This document shows, in pieces, positions 40,261 through 55,180 of a DNA stretch of 64,000 nucleotides (position 1 is its first letter; each line of letters starts with the position of its first letter). Below the pieces are notes generated by a model. That model did no database searches, had not been told where the DNA came from, and saw nothing but the letters and a program-made list of their open reading frames with translations. The stretch is taken from the NCBI RefSeq assembly GCF_006345805.1, contig NC_043015.1:34658001-34722000 (forward strand), read 5' to 3'. Position numbers and translations under genes: made by a program. This stretch comes from Octopus sinensis. Its lineage: Eukaryota.

Positions 40261-40869
40261 ACATACATCTTCAATAAGTTTATATTTACACACATCTTTA
40301 GAATAGGGAAATATCACTTGATTAATTGTCACCCACGTACATGCACCTGAAAGTATACACTCATCCACCCTTACTTGAAACATACACATTCTCACCCGCA
40401 CCATTCGCCAAATATATATACATACACAATACCACACACACACATGTACACCAAAAAAGTTCATACACACGTCTATATATATACACAAGCACAAGAAAAA
40501 ACAGGGCTAAGGTTAACAATACAGAAAAAAGGTGTAAGGGAGTATAAAAATAAGCAAAGAGTAAGCCAGGTCTATATACGCACACTCACATGCCTATATA
40601 CGCGCATACCCGCACAGGTCTATATAGGCACAAAAAGTTCATATGCACGTCTATATGTGCACATACACTAGAAAATACAAGGCTAAAGTCAAAAATACAG
40701 GAAAATGTGTAAAGAAAACAATGAGTAAAACATGTCTATATACGCACATACCAGTCACATATACTTCTTCCAACTGTTAAACATGGAGATCTGTGATGAT
40801 CTAGGATGTTACATCTTGAAAATCCGCCAGCCCAATGGTTTCCCCTCATGGCAGAATTAGTAGTCAAGA

Positions 40870-41235
40870 CTATTTGAGCATTTTATCTGATCAAATTGAT
40901 CCTACGGTTGTGGAACTGTTTCCAAAGGGAAATGCAATCTTTCAGGATGATAATGCACCAACTCACACAGCTAAAGTTGTTATTGAATGACACGAGGAAC
41001 ATTCTAGTGACGTTGAACATCTTATCTGGCCACCACAGTCCCCAGATCTCAATATTATTGAACATTTATGGTCCATTTTAGAAAAACAAGTAAGGGGTCA
41101 ATATCCTCCACCAACATCACTACAAGAAATGGAGACTGTTTTAGCTGAAGAATGGACAAAAATTCCTTTGGAAACAATTCAAACTGTACGAGTCCATACC
41201 TCCAAGAATTCAAGCTGTAATTACTGCCAAAGTTT
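40870..41235 (+). mobile_element. Tc1-like transposase DDE fragment
   Basis: FQDDNAPTHT and WPPQSPDLNIIEHLWS motifs. Confidence 0.85.
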
Positions 41236-41876
41236 TTACATCTGGATGCCCTTCCAAACACCAACCCCTTTATAATGTGGACTGGATGTTTTTTACATGG
41301 CATCAGCACTTGCAGGGTCACCAGGTAACTTGCAAGACCAAAATCCTTTTAGAGTGGGGGGGAACATTGGAGGAGGTGATCTTGTGTCAGATGATGAAAA
41401 GTCATAGTGAGACAAGGAGACAGAAACAGGTGTCTTGCTGCAGAAGAGGTACAAGGTAACCTGTCTAATCTCATAAAATGTAGTAAATACATAGTTCTGT
41501 GTAGAACAGCCATGTTATAGTGACAACCAAAATGTTACTGTCTAGTATTGTTAGTACTTAGATCTCTTTTAAAGAATTTAGGAACTAGATGCTTCACTCA
41601 TTACGAGACCAGCAGCTGTCTGCTGCTCCTGTCTATAAATATGGTTATGTAACAGGGTAGAGTCAGTGTTCATATATATATTTATACATCTTTGTGACTA
41701 CACACCAGCCAATGTGATAATGTGTAGTCATTGTGTCTGACACACATATGCAGCTATGTGTAACAGTGTGTAAATGGCTACATGCATATGTAAGACCTAG
41801 TTACTCTTTCTTACACTATACAAGAAGCATTGAATATTAGATTTATGTAGCAGGCTTAATGCAAACTGGAGCTTAC

Positions 41877-41906
41877 CTGATGGTCATCAGCTAGATGGTT
41901 TTCCAT
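41877..41906 (-). CDS. mdm2: Predicted start-codon exon (exon 41920-41877), coding MENHLADDHQ
   Basis: tattttttacttctag acceptor, CAG|GTAAGC donor, ATG in gtcATGG context. The phase-0 join gives DHQ/KLLP, matching the SQQ/RLLP repeat register. Confidence 0.78.
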
Positions 41907-42829
41907 GACACCACAGAGATCTAGAAGTAAAAAATACATCATCATCATCATGTCATTATATCTATTCACAGTAGTGATGTGAATTATGTATTACACTGTA
42001 TGTAAACTAAATCAGTTGATTCTATACCAAATCCCCACCACCCCACTTATGACACTACACTTAGCTGACCTCCAGCTCAAACAATGGCACTCCACTCAGT
42101 TAACCTCAAACTATACCTTCAAGCAAACAATTGATATAACACATCTTCTACACATGTAACTAATCTGGATCATTGATTTCAAAACAGCTCTGGTTCTCCC
42201 TCAAAATTGCTAACCTCTTGCCAAAAGTAGAAAAAATTATTACATGACTAGTGACCGGAATCTTTGGAAATATGCTGTGCTTGAGAAGACCCAGCAAGCC
42301 AAGTGAGACCATAACCCTGTGGCCTATGCCAGGAGTGTAACCAGCCCACTTATGCATACCTTTCCTTCATTGGACACTAAACTCTGCTTGCAAAAACCTG
42401 TTGAGGTAAGTGAAATTGAAATCAAGTTTGATGACTGGCATCCGTGCTAGTGGAGCACTAAGAGCACCATCCGAGCGTGATCATTGCCAGAGCAACAAAC
42501 TGGCTTCCATACCGGTAGCACATAAAAAGCACCATTTGAGCGTGATCATTACCAGCTTTGCCTTACTGGCACATGAAAAAACATTCGAGCGAGGTCGTTG
42601 CTAGTGCCGCTGGACTGGCTCCTGTGCAGGTGGCACGTAAAAAGCACCATTTGAGCATGGCCGTTGCCAGTACTGCTAGATTGGCCCTCGTGCCCATGGC
42701 ACATAAAAAGCACCCACTACACTCTCAGAGTGGTTGGCGTTAGGAAGGGCATCCAGCTGTAGAAGCTCTGCCAGATCAGATTGGAGCCTGGTGCCGCCAT
42801 CTGGTTTGCCAGTCCTCAGTGTTCTTCAT

Positions 42830-43920
42830 GGTGCGTATCAGGATCGCTACTTATAGTCTTTGCCCGATGTTTTAGGCACTGAGCAATCCCTCTCTTTACA
42901 CGGTATGGATGGTGGGAAGTGAAGTTGAGGAATCATCCAGTGAAAGTTGGCTTGCAGTATACAGATGTCCTGAATCCATACTTGGTGCATGTTATTAATA
43001 CATCCAGGAATGCTAGCTGGTTGTCATTTTCCTTTTCCATTGTGAACTGTATGGATGGCTTTATCGAGTTCACATGATCTAACAGTACTTGGAAATCTTC
43101 TTGGTGGGGTCAGAGTATAAAGGTATCATCAACATATCGCAGCCACAGGGTTGGTTTTAGTGGTGTTGAGCCGAAAGCCAAATTCTCAAAGTATTCCATG
43201 TATATATTGACTATTACCAGTGATAATGACGAATCCATAGCTAAACCCTCTTACTGTCAATATATATCAGTACCTGCTCTGAAGTAGGTAGTTTCTACAC
43301 AAAATGTCAACATTTCCATCAAGTTTCCTATTAGTATACTAGTGCATTCTTTTAGATAGGTGTCTGTCAACAGTTTTTCTTGAATCACTAATAGTGTTTT
43401 ATTAGTTGGGACTTCAGTGAACAGACTTATCACATCTAGACTCACTATCTGGTTGGATCCAATAGGGGTATCCTTGATCAATTCTGTGAAGTGGATGGAA
43501 TTCTTCAAGTACTATGTTGACTTTCCTGCCAATGGCCTGATTATATCCACAAGGAGGCAGCTCAGTGGATGACATGCTGAACCTGTACAGCCCAATATAC
43601 GTCTTAATGGAATACTATCCTTGTGAATCTTAGGGAGACCATACATGCTTGGTAGCTTACTGTAGTGTTGAGTCAGTTGTCTGTACTTCATTGGTATAAA
43701 GTGATCCTTGTTCTTAATCAAGATCTGTGACAACTTCCTCTGTTTTCAGAGCTGGATCTTTCTTTACTTTGCTGTAGCTACCATCACTTATGAGACTTGC
43801 CAATTTTTCAGAGTAGTCATGCATTTCCCTCGTCCACACTAGTAATGTCACCATGTAACTAATAAGGTCTCCTTTTACATTGACTTGGCAAACCTTGTTC
43901 AAATCATAGTTGTTTCAGTT
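42830..43920 (-). mobile_element. Penelope-like element reverse transcriptase fragment
   Basis: YGLPKIHKDSIPLRRIL and VSLDVISLFTEVP motifs; frameshifted. Confidence 0.8.
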
Positions 43921-44699
43921 AAATTTCTCCCACATAAACTCCCACCTACCATCAAAGATGGGAGAATTAAACTCAGTTTGTGTGACAAGTAAATCAAGAA
44001 TGAAACTAGAAAATACAGCTGAAATATATGATGAAGGTGTAAATGAGTTGTTAGAATTACTAAGAAAAAGAAGCTGACAATTATTGTGAATGGAGGGAAA
44101 TATAAATGAATGTAAGTAGAACGGCTGGAAAAGAGAAGCCGAATTCATGTAATAACAAGTTCAATCTAAAATGGTATGTAGAAGCTGGTACCAGGTAAAT
44201 GAGATGTGTCTGTACTTGCAGCAAAGATCTGGTTGTTCCAAGATGCTAAGCAATGACAACTCAATAATCACTCACTTTAGCTACAATTATATCTTAACAG
44301 GTCTATCAATAAACAGCTACAATAGATAAAATGCAGCCAATACTACTACAGGATACTACATACAGGACATTTCTTAAACTATTGGCCAGTCTGTAGCATC
44401 TATAGTATATTCTTATAATTAGCTCATTGCTATTACCACTATACAATTCTAGCAGGTAGTCCTAAAGTCAATAACTTATGTAGGGAGGCATTTCTAAAGC
44501 CAAGAAACAGTCTGATAAGATAAACACAAACACTGGAAGTAGAGGATCTAAAACCTAAATCTAAAATGTCAGACAAATCTATATTTTTACAAGTCATTCA
44601 GTTGGGATTTATCCAAACTGAAAATGCAATATAAGCTAACTGCCTATGTTACTACTCAGTCGGTATTTACTATACAGATATCATTACAGTTTTCCATGA

Positions 44700-45130
44700 T
44701 GGTATGTATCAGTTCAACACAGTTTTCAATTCCCATGTTTCAACCAAGAACGCTGGAAAATTTTTTGCCATTTTAGACAAATGTTTTCCTAAATCTAATA
44801 GATATCATGCTATTTTTAATCAGCATACTGTGAAGGTATCCTATGTAAACTCTAATTTAGAGCAGCATATGCATGGCATAAACAATAGTAAAATGCAACA
44901 ACAGCTCAATAACTGGATCTAGCAAACATAAACATCTAAACACCAATGAAGATGTAAACTGCAATGAAAAGCACTAAATCCAACCAAATTGTGATAGTAG
45001 AAACGATTACGATATAGCTAACACAATAACAATATCAGAACATGAAGTCAGAAGTGCCATATATACAAATAAATATAATAAATGCTCATGCAGAGAAAAC
45101 TCAAAATGTCCATTGATGAACCTTTGTATG
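44700..45130 (+). mobile_element. Penelope-like element fragment (RT-to-GIY-YIG region)
   Basis: FNSHVSTKNAGKFFAILDKCFPKSNRYHAIFNQHTVKVSY resembles the PLE post-RT segment. Confidence 0.6.
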
Positions 45131-45145
45131 AGTACAAATCTTGTA

Positions 45146-46016
45146 TATGAGGTCTGATCAATAAGTATCTGGACTGTTGTCATAGTAACAAAGCTGTAGC
45201 ACACAGAGTGAAGCCACTTGGCATAGATTGACCTTGAACTCTGCTGTGTATATGCACAAAGTTTTAACGTTCTAGCTCACTTCCACTGTTTACAGCAGTG
45301 CTTGGAAGGAAGGTGTGTTGCATGGGATCATCTCATTGACCATGACAGAGAAAGTTGTCATGGCGATAGCTGTTCAGAGGCCTATGCAAAGTTGCAGAAC
45401 GTGTATGGGGAGGAGTGTATGAGCCACACACAAGTGTACAAGTGGTTCAGACGTCGAAAAATGCTGATGTTGACAAACACTCTGAGAGACCCGCAACCAG
45501 CAGAATTGAGAAAAACATCATGATGTGCATGTGGCTGTGAGGAGAAATCATTGAATCTCCATCTCTGAGTTATCAGAGGATGTGCAGATTAGTTACGGTT
45601 CAGTTCAGTCCGTTATCACTGAAGACTTGGGTAGGAGACACTTGTCTGCCAAACTGTTTTCAGCTGACGAAAAAGACACTCGGGTTTCAGTTGCACAAAA
45701 TTTCCTTGATTGTGTCGAGGACGATGAAAACATTTTGAAAACTTACATAGGCCTCTGAATAGGTACCACCAAGCTTTTAGCAAAATTTGATGCAGATTTT
45801 CTGCTCAACTTTCTCTGTCATGGTTAATGCGATGGTCACACACTACACACTTCCATTCCAAGCACTGTTGTAAACCGTGGAAGTGAGCTAGAATGGTAAA
45901 GTTTAGTGCCATGCAGAGCAAAGGTCAAGGTCAATCTGTGCCAAACAGCTTTACTGTGCATGCTTTAGCTTTGTTACTATGGCAACAGTCCAGATATTTA
46001 TTGATCTGACCACGTA
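45146..46016 (+). mobile_element. Internally deleted mariner element
   Basis: TA-flanked TIRs gaggtctgatcaataagtatctggactgttg / caacagtccagatatttattgatctgacc; HTH remnant EAYAKLQNVYGEECMSHTQVYKWFRR. Confidence 0.85.
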
Positions 46017-47619
46017 TAAATGTACCATGCACACAAGGGGAGGACCACAAATGGCTGATTCCTTTAAGAATCATTATCACAACCACGTTGCCAGCTTCAA
46101 GATATTCAATATCTTTGGCAGATTTTGTGTGGCAACTGACAGAAGATAAAATTAAGTATAACCTAAATTGGTCCATATAATATCATTTCCAGGAGATGCT
46201 GACTCTGCTCCGAGGAATCCTCACCTATTCCGTGGACCAATGAAAAGATCATTAATAGAACTTCTGAAAGCCTCTCAAGATGCCTACATGCATAGAAATG
46301 TACTTTTGCAGTGCGTAACCATTAACAGAATTCACTTTAAGGTATAAATGAATTAAGTCTAGCTTTAACCTCCCCATTCTTATAAACACCAAGTCTGTGT
46401 GTGCATATGCTTACATCGCCATGAATACTTGTATGAGCGAGTGTACATGCACGCTGCACCTTGTGCAACGGTGTTTATACATCCACATCTGTTAATGGTT
46501 ATTTTTAATACTTTTCTCGCTGTATTGCGTGTTTGTTTCTTTTTTGCATCTGTTATTTCATTTTTGATCTCCAAATATAAATGAAGACATACCGCTTGTT
46601 TTGCAGCTTTTCTTCACACGAAATGAAAAGATATATTGTGGAACTGTTATGGATATGTATATATATGTCTCTTTTTTTTTTCTTTTTTTTAATTTTTAAT
46701 TCTTTTAAACCTTTTATTGTCAGGTCTTGGTCTAGCTGCACCATTTGCATCAAAGTAAATCTAGAACTAGAAGGAATTCTTTTGTTTCCCCTACACTATT
46801 TGATGGCCTAAGTATATGCTCTTTTGCTTAATGGTTATGGCAGGCCTGAACATAGCTTAAGTGCACCTTGCTGTGTGTGTGTGAGTGTGTGTGTATAAGA
46901 GAGAATATCCCTGGTGTAAACAGTAAGACAATGGAGAGCAGCAACATAATGCAACATTAAGTGCCAACTATTTATCTATTTAAATTGAATACACAATTAA
47001 ATAAAAAGAAAAGGAACAAAAAAATGGAGACCTGAAATGTCTAGTTCATGTCGAGACATGGGTAAACAATCTCTGTCTCTACTCTGCTCAATGTACAACA
47101 AGACTTAGCAGAAACAAGCACCCACTTGTGCAACTTGTGAACTTAATAGTATATATTTGTGGGGTTGGATGGGTGGCAGCAGACATAAAACAGTTTGAAA
47201 ATAATCTTTTACTTCAGATGATGATGGCATTGACTTGGAACTGTTGGTTTTGAAAGAGTGAAAGGACGATATGGAGATACAGGAAATAAAACATTAATAA
47301 CATTTCAATTAAAGCCACGAGAGTAAATTGGAAACTATGTGGAATCCTCTTTCTATGCCTGTGAAGTAGTAAAAATCATGAGCCATTTGCCGGTTTGCTC
47401 ATGACTGAATTCCTCTCAGCATTTTAGACAGTTGAAACATAGCAAAGAATATGAAAGAATATTGAGTAAAAATGTAAAAAAGACTCGGCAGTTTGGCACA
47501 GTAGCAGTGGAAATCTGAAGTGGAGAGAGGAGGAGTTGGAGAGGAAGAGAAGAAAGCTTCTAACCATGCATGGAGCCCATCATGCATGTGCAGACATTGG
47601 TAGTCTACACAAGACAGCA

Positions 47620-48200
47620 AATGGAGAAAGTGTGGAAGACTGTGTGCATAGAGAATTTGCTGAGATACCTAACCTGACATAAAGAAACCTTGCCAGATGT
47701 AGTAAGACACAAGAGGGCATACCAAAAGCAGGGGAAAGGGAGAAAACAAAAGAAGTACAACATGAAGAAGAACTACTCAATAAGGGGTTACGCAAACAAT
47801 TTCATGTGGACACAACAAAAGTTGCTAGTTGAACATAGGTGGGATTGGTTAAAGAAGGCATTAAAAAGGAGAATGAGAGCACTATACTTGCAGTGCAAGA
47901 CCAATCTCTGGCCACAAATTAAAGGGTCAATCTTAGAAATGAGTGTCTCCACTGTGCTGAACATGTAATGAATTTGATGAAACTGGTGCCCATATTGTAA
48001 ATGAATGTCCCAGACTTGCCCAAAACCAGTCTAAGCTGCAATGACATGATGGAGTAGCAAAAGTTCTGCATTAGAAACTGTGTAAAAAGTGGAAGTTAGA
48101 GAGAGGTAAGACATGGTATGACCACTAACCACAGAGAGTGATTGAATTGAAGACTTGCAAAATCCTGTGGGATTTCCCAATTCATACAGACCAGGTGCTT
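47620..48200 (+). mobile_element. Non-LTR retrotransposon C-terminal fragment (zinc knuckle, R4/Dong-like)
   Basis: Remnant C-x2-C...HIVNECP...HDGVAK.LH..LCKK motif. Confidence 0.6.
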
Positions 48201-48209
48201 GAGCTCAGC

Positions 48210-50260
48210 AAACCAGACTTAATGGTGGTGGACAGAGTAAATCACATGTGCTCTGTAATTGATGTTGCATGCCCATTTGACTCGTGGATAATTAAGGAAA
48301 GCGAGTGAGTAAATGTGTACAATGCTATTAAATAAGGGATAGCCTGACTGTGGATTACGACAAAGGGGAAGATAATGCCGATTACTGTTGGAGGGACAGT
48401 ATCGAAAGATATTGGGAGGAATGTAAAGAAAATGGGAACAGAATGTCCAAACTAGACCCCAAGCATAAACACCCACCAGTTTGAAGGCATCCCCATCACT
48501 GCTGTTCACATGCAGAACCACCAATTTACCTTTTTGGGTCCAGGAAGATAGTCCTTATCTTGAGATCCAGACCTGGAATAACACTGCAGTTCCACCCCAT
48601 CCCATTTCTGGTTGACATGGAGATAAGTAAATCTCATCTCCTCCAAAAATGGGTATGAAAGACCATCAGTCGGAGAGTCTGGTTTCACTGATAGCCACTA
48701 TATCTAAACTTAGTGGCCTGAAGCCATTGACTAGACGGCCCTGTTACCAAGGTGACCACAGGCTATGTGCATTTATGCTGCCTACTCTGAGCAAGGCCAT
48801 GTTTGTCAGAGAAAAGAAGAATGAACAGAATCCCTTACCCTATTTCTCTAGAGAGAATTGTTGGTGTATTTTCAAACATTTCTTCGTAGAGCCTTTTATT
48901 TATAGTCCCACAGAAATTTCCCATTCCTTTGAGATGTTTTGCTTTCAGTTTGTTGTAGGTTTGTTGCATTGTTTTTATAATTCTTATGTGAACAGAAGTG
49001 TTATGCAAGGATGTGATGGATTCATTTCGGGTAATGTCTGTTATTTTTGAATATGTTTTAGGTTCTTGTTGTTTGAGCCTATGGCCATATCGATGCCTTA
49101 AGAGTGCTGTTCATGTTGTTGATCAGGAATGTTAGGTGTTTTTGTGTGTTGAGGTGTTTGTAATGTTGAAGATGTTTCTAGATGTTTCTAGGTGTAGAGT
49201 TATCAAGTGTGTGATGGTTTGTTGGTTTCTGTGTCTCCTCCTCTAATCTCTTAATTTTGTTGTTGTTGGTGCTGCTGCTGTTATTTTTGTTACTGTTGTT
49301 GTATTGGGGGTGTCTGCAGCAGCAGCAGAGATTTTCCTTTTCTTTGCATGGAGCAGAAAGCCTACAAATGTAGCCTACAAGCTACAGAAAGCCTACACAT
49401 GTAGCATCTTGGCTTTCTGCCCTGTACTACTACAGACAACTGTGTTCTATTAGGTAGCTTGATCAGGTAAAAAATAGCTTTTATCCTGTCCAGATCAGTG
49501 TGTAACCACAATTCTATGCTCATAACTGACCAATTCTTCTTTCCCATTTTGTGAACTAGCAGAAATTTCATTTTGTCCTCTGCACTGTATAGAATGGTTG
49601 CTACCAGCAAAGAGATGTCTACTTCTGGTGGTACCTCTGCTACTCTTTAATTTGATACTCTTTTGACCAAGGTATGTTGGAATTAGCCATAATTTCCCAC
49701 TTTTGAGAGTTGTTGTAAACATTTACTTTGGCTAATTCTTCAGTTGAGAATCTTAGCTCAACAACTGTGCCAAAGCATCTCCCACAAGCAACATAAGTTT
49801 TTAAAACCTAGACCGGTCCCAGGCAATTTTTGATTTGGGCCTGCATTGCTCACACCAGTCTCTTCATTTTTAATATGCATTTATATATAATGGGTTGTTT
49901 TTGTTTTTTGTTAATGTCTTCTTACACTTTCTCTGATGTGTTGAAGAAGAATGTCCTGCCATTTTTTTTAAGTGCAGCTTAGTATTTGCTCAACATATTT
50001 TATGTCAACTTGACTTTTTTCCATTTTCTGAGCTCTTGCAAAACCATTTCCACTGTTGTTGTTTCGTTAATGTTTGGGGTGGTGGTGATGGTGGCAACAG
50101 TGTTGGGAAGAGTGGTGTGCTTGCATCATCCTTAAATATACCTTGCTTGTCACTGCTACTACTTATGCTGCCTGTGCTTTGGTTTTTGACCACATCAACT
50201 AGTGGTGGGTAAGCTATTCCAATAGCCATCGCTTCCTCCAATTTGAGAAACCATATTGAT
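48210..50260 (-). mobile_element. L1/Tx1-like LINE 5' remnant (ORF1 and APE endonuclease)
   Basis: RVGSINAHSL...LDIVAISETRL endonuclease motif; upstream ORF1-like remnants with C-x2-C. Confidence 0.65.
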
Positions 50261-53200
50261 ATTTTTACTTTAAAATATTAAATTTGCAAATTGAAATCTC
50301 AAAATTCATCCTTAAAGAGGGAATTCTTGCCACACCAGCAGGCCCCTCTGGCAGCAAGCCAGGTTATTTAGTTAACAGTTCAATAAAACTTGGAATACCA
50401 ACTAATAAAACAACAAATTTTAAAGAAAACTTTTGTGCCACGAACATGCATCCTCTTGCTCCAGGCAAAGAATGATGATGATGACAACAATAATAGCAGC
50501 AGCAACAGGTTTCTGATTTAGGTGCAATGCCAGTAAATTTGAAACAAGGAGGTGAGTCAATAACATTAAACCAGCAAGTGACTACAACTTTAGTTTATTT
50601 AACCTGGAAGGCAATAGTTGACCTCAGCACAATTTCTACTCAGAACATAAAGAGCCAGAAGACATACAGCAAGGAATTTTGTCCAACACTAACAATTCTG
50701 CTGATTTATTACCCACAGAATAAATATCAAGTTAGAAGTGAACCATTTTTTATTTTTAATCTCAAAACGTAATCTTTGGTTTTTAATAAAAATTCCAAGT
50801 TAGAGTAAATAACAGTGAAGATAAAAAACACTTGTAGTCAAAGACAGGTTACAGCTTGCCTAATAATTACATAATGATGTTTTACATTAACAGCTTTCTA
50901 GCATTTAGATTTACAGAACATCAAGGAACCAATCATTAGACATACACACCTATATGTTCATAACTAGTATTGCATTGGTTCATCTCCATCCATTATATGT
51001 TCATTTCATCAATTTAACTTATCTAAGTTCTATGCAGTTTGATAACTTTGTTGTTTGTCACATCCAAACATGACACACAAGGAAACAGAGACAGAGACAG
51101 ACAGACATATATACATATAGATACAGACATTAAACTTTTCTAACTCAGTCATTCGATATTGTGGCTTGTCCCCTGGATATTGTAAAATGATATTCAGTGA
51201 GCTTGATATCAAATTTATTATTGGTATTATTTAACAAACTTATTGCAGACATTTGATGTTCCACTAAGAAAGTCTACAAAGTAAAAATATGAGTTGTATG
51301 ATTGGACATGTGTCCCTCACACAGCACGAATATAAATCTACAATTTAATTATATCAGTATTTAAGATGGTTAAACAACCAATGACAACTTATGATTATAA
51401 ATGTACAAGTGTCAGTAATATTTTAAGAAACAAGTTCAGGCAACAAGTCTCAAACTAAGAAAAATGCCATAAAACAAGTTGAAGCAAATGCTAATTGACA
51501 AAGAAACAAATTAAGTGCCTTTTGAAACAGAAAGCTACTTTCCCTTGGAAAAAAAGTGGGGTTCTCTCTCTCAAAATCAATGTTTACTATATGCAGGTGT
51601 GTGTGTGTGAAGAGATAGTAATGGTAGTGAAGGAGGCGTATAATATAATGAATAGAGATAAAACTAAATTGAGAGGTATGGAAGTGTAGTTTGGTTGTAG
51701 AAGTTGATAAAATTTAGACTGAAGCTAGAAAACACCTAACTCATGAGAAAATGGTGATAATGATGATGATCACAACAGGTGAACATAAATTGAGGTAAGC
51801 ATTTTACTATGAATAAAGTCCACTCAGCTTAAAAACCGAGAAGAACCACATTAATAGCCAACTTACTTGACAATCTAATGAAGCCAGAATAACAAACCTT
51901 CCCGGAAATACGGATATCACGACTAAAATGTTTCCTAATACTTGTCTTAACCAATTAATCAATGCCCTTAATACTAACTTATCTCTACTTGATCTGTAAT
52001 CCAGTAGTTTGAATGGATTTGAATGAAATGACAGGTAAATCAATATCAGTAGCAATTTCCTGTAAATCCCTTCATTAAAATATATATTAGTCCCTACTTT
52101 CAGGTGATTACAGACAAACCCAACATAAATAAGGAAGCATCAATTAGTGAAGGACCTGGAGTTGAGAATTAGCAATTACATAAAAGATCATCAGCCATAG
52201 TCGCAGACAGATATGCAGTCAGTGACGTACATACACAGTCATCGATACACAGCCAAAATAGTAACAGGGCCACATACATGAGCATACACACAGTTGCTGA
52301 CACAGAGGGAGAGGAAGAATAGAAAATATGGTGAAGAGAAAAAGAGGGGCTTAATTTGAAGTGCTGTCTAACTGACCCTTTCAATTCTTAAAGAGTAATT
52401 AACTTAATTAAAACTTCAGAAAATCCCATTTTGTTTGAAAAATGAAGTATTTAATTGACATGACAAGTGAACCTTTTCCAATACCTCAATAATTTTTTTA
52501 ATTATCTGGACTGTATCCCCTCCCCTCAGTTGATGTCTGGCCATGACAGACATCAGTTTTGTATTTTGGAAACAGGATTTAACTTTCAGTGAAAATCTTT
52601 CAAATTTTGTAAGTTACCACAAACTTCATAAGTAATACAATAGCCAGGCTTAAGACAGCAAATCGCTGTTGAAACAAGCAATATCATGTACAAAAATATT
52701 TTTATCAGTTTTATTAGCATAAATAAACATGAGCAGGTAAACTATGAGAAATGCAACCCTTTTCTAATTGTATATATAACAAAAATAACTGTTGCTGATG
52801 TATGCACCTCAATTTTCTAAATAATCAATTAACGAGAGTCAAAACTATTGGAAAGGTTGCAAGATGCAACGAAAATTTTAGAAAAATAAAATAAAAACAA
52901 GTGGAAATTTTACGAGTGAGTGTGTTAAGAGAATAACTCTCCCCAGACACAACAGAATATGCTTCAACACACAAACTCACAAAGAATCTTGCAAACCAAA
53001 TCCAAAAACAAAACAATTAATTAGAGGTCATTTAATACAATAATTTTTTCATTAAGTTTTTATTTAAAATAAACCTTAACAAAAGGTTCTTTCATAAAAT
53101 TCAAATGGAAAGTTATAATATAAACATAGAGACTTGATGTGAACAGTTTTGTAACACAAAATTAGAAGAGATCTGATATATGGATATCCAAAAAGTTAAC

Positions 53201-53699
53201 TGAAAATTTTTGAAGGGTGTTATATGATGTAAATATGGATACCTCATCTTTATATCATACATCCATTATAATGCACAAATTTTTCAGTCATATCCCTATA
53301 CATTGAACTGTTAGTTCCACATCTTGTAACAACAGATCAATACTATGCTGAATCTAAGATGTTAATTGTGAATAAAGTATGCAACTATGACAGTATAGGG
53401 AATTGAATACAGACATAAGTGTTCCAGAAAGAAAAGAAAAAGAAGCTGATGAGTTCTATGAAAGGAAAGGTTATAAAATGTAGAGAATGCATAGGAGAAA
53501 GAAGCTGGACCTCACAGATAAACCAATGATTCTAGTAGAGAGCAGTCTGATAGATATAAGCAATTAAGGATATGAAAGCAAAGAAAACACCTGAGCCATC
53601 AGGAATTATTGCTGGGTGGAGGAGGATATTCCCTGGTCACCCATATAGTCAATCAGTTTCTAAGGAAGAGGTCTCCGATAATGACTGGTATAGCAATAT

Positions 53700-55180
53700 C
53701 ATGTTAAAAGGATAAATAAGATGGCTTTATACAGATGTAATTAAAGAGGTGTAAAATTGCTGGACCAGATCATAAAGGTTACACAGTAATAGTTCGATTA
53801 ATTAGAAAGAGAATTAGTCTAATGGAGATGCAGTTCAGTTTTGTACAAGGAAGTTCTGTTGGTGTCATCTGTCCAGTGAGACAACTGCAAGAAGTATTTA
53901 GTTAAAGGTAAGCTACTGTTATTACACACTGATTGACCTGAAGAAAGCTTTCAACAAGGTCCGTCATTCCATGGTTAGTGGAATGTCCCTGTGGAAGAAC
54001 AGCTTGTGAGAGACACACAGACCATGTACAGGGGTGCAGTCAGCAAGGTGAGAGTTAGCAATGAGTACAGTAATGAACTCAGTGTGCAGTTCACCAGGGC
54101 TCAGTTCTCAGTCCCTTTCTATTCATCAAAGACCTCCAGGACATAAGAGGGATTTAAGACTAGATGCACATGGAGACTCCTACATGTTGGTGACCTCACT
54201 GTTATAGCTGAGTCTGTAGTACAAAGAAGAGAAATTGCAAGTGTGGAAGAAAAACCTGCAATCATAGGGTCTCAAAGTTAATTTAGCAATGACTAAAGTT
54301 TTAGGAAGACACTAGCACTCCATCAATTACAACAATGGGAGTTCCAGTTGATCCGATCAACAGAACAGCATGCTCATGAAATTAACGTAAAAGTGGCTGA
54401 GTACTCCACAGACACGTGTACCCATAACGTAGTTCTCAGGGAAATTCAGCATTATACAGAGTGTAACAAGGCTGGCCCTTTGAAATAAAGTACTACTCAT
54501 TTTTTTTTTGCGAGCTGAGTGAACTGGAGCAACATGAAATAAAGTGTCTTGCTTAAGAACACAATGTGCCACTGGGAACCAAACTGACAACTGTAGAATT
54601 GTGAGCCAATTAGCCTAACCCCACCATGGGCCTTCACTTTTGGCAGGGAAGCAGACAGGGAAGTATAGTAACTAAAAAAACAAGCTAGAGGAAGTTCGGA
54701 GAGCGATTACCTCTGTTGGTAAAAAAACGATTGTCTGTCTGTATGATGCCTATTTACAACCAGTCATGTTACATGATAGTGTGTGGGATCTGAATGCAGA
54801 GGACACACAAAGACTAAAAAGAAATAAGCAAGCATGCTCCACTGGATGTACAGCGTTAGTGTGCAACAGAGTACAAATGTACTGAGAGAAAAAATTAGGC
54901 GTAAGAGGAATTAAGATGTGCAAGAGTGAAGACTGCATTGGTATGAGCATGTAACATGTAGAGATGGGGGCAGGTGTATAGAGAAATGTAAATAGAATAT
55001 GTGGAAGAGAGAGATTGATGAAGAGATGGGACAAAGTAGTGAACGCTTGTCTTAGAATTCGGAGCCTCACAGCAGAGACAGCAAAGGACTTGCAATACGT
55101 GATGTTTGAGACAACCCACAAAAACATGGTGGTAGTTATTGGTGCAAAATGTGTCTGCATACAACTGGGTCCCTTGCCTA
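53700..55180 (+). mobile_element. RTE-like LINE reverse transcriptase remnant, interrupted by a SINE at about 54350-54600
   Basis: DLKKAFNKV and HQGSVLSPFLF motifs. A similar RTE 3' remnant lies at 1-190. Confidence 0.75.

Noticed and set aside
37994-40295. Numerous 70-130 aa H/T/Y/I or C/V/Y/M ORFs (also 5025-5651 and 8272-8772)
   Set aside because: Translations of (CA)/(TA) microsatellites, which lack stops in several frames.
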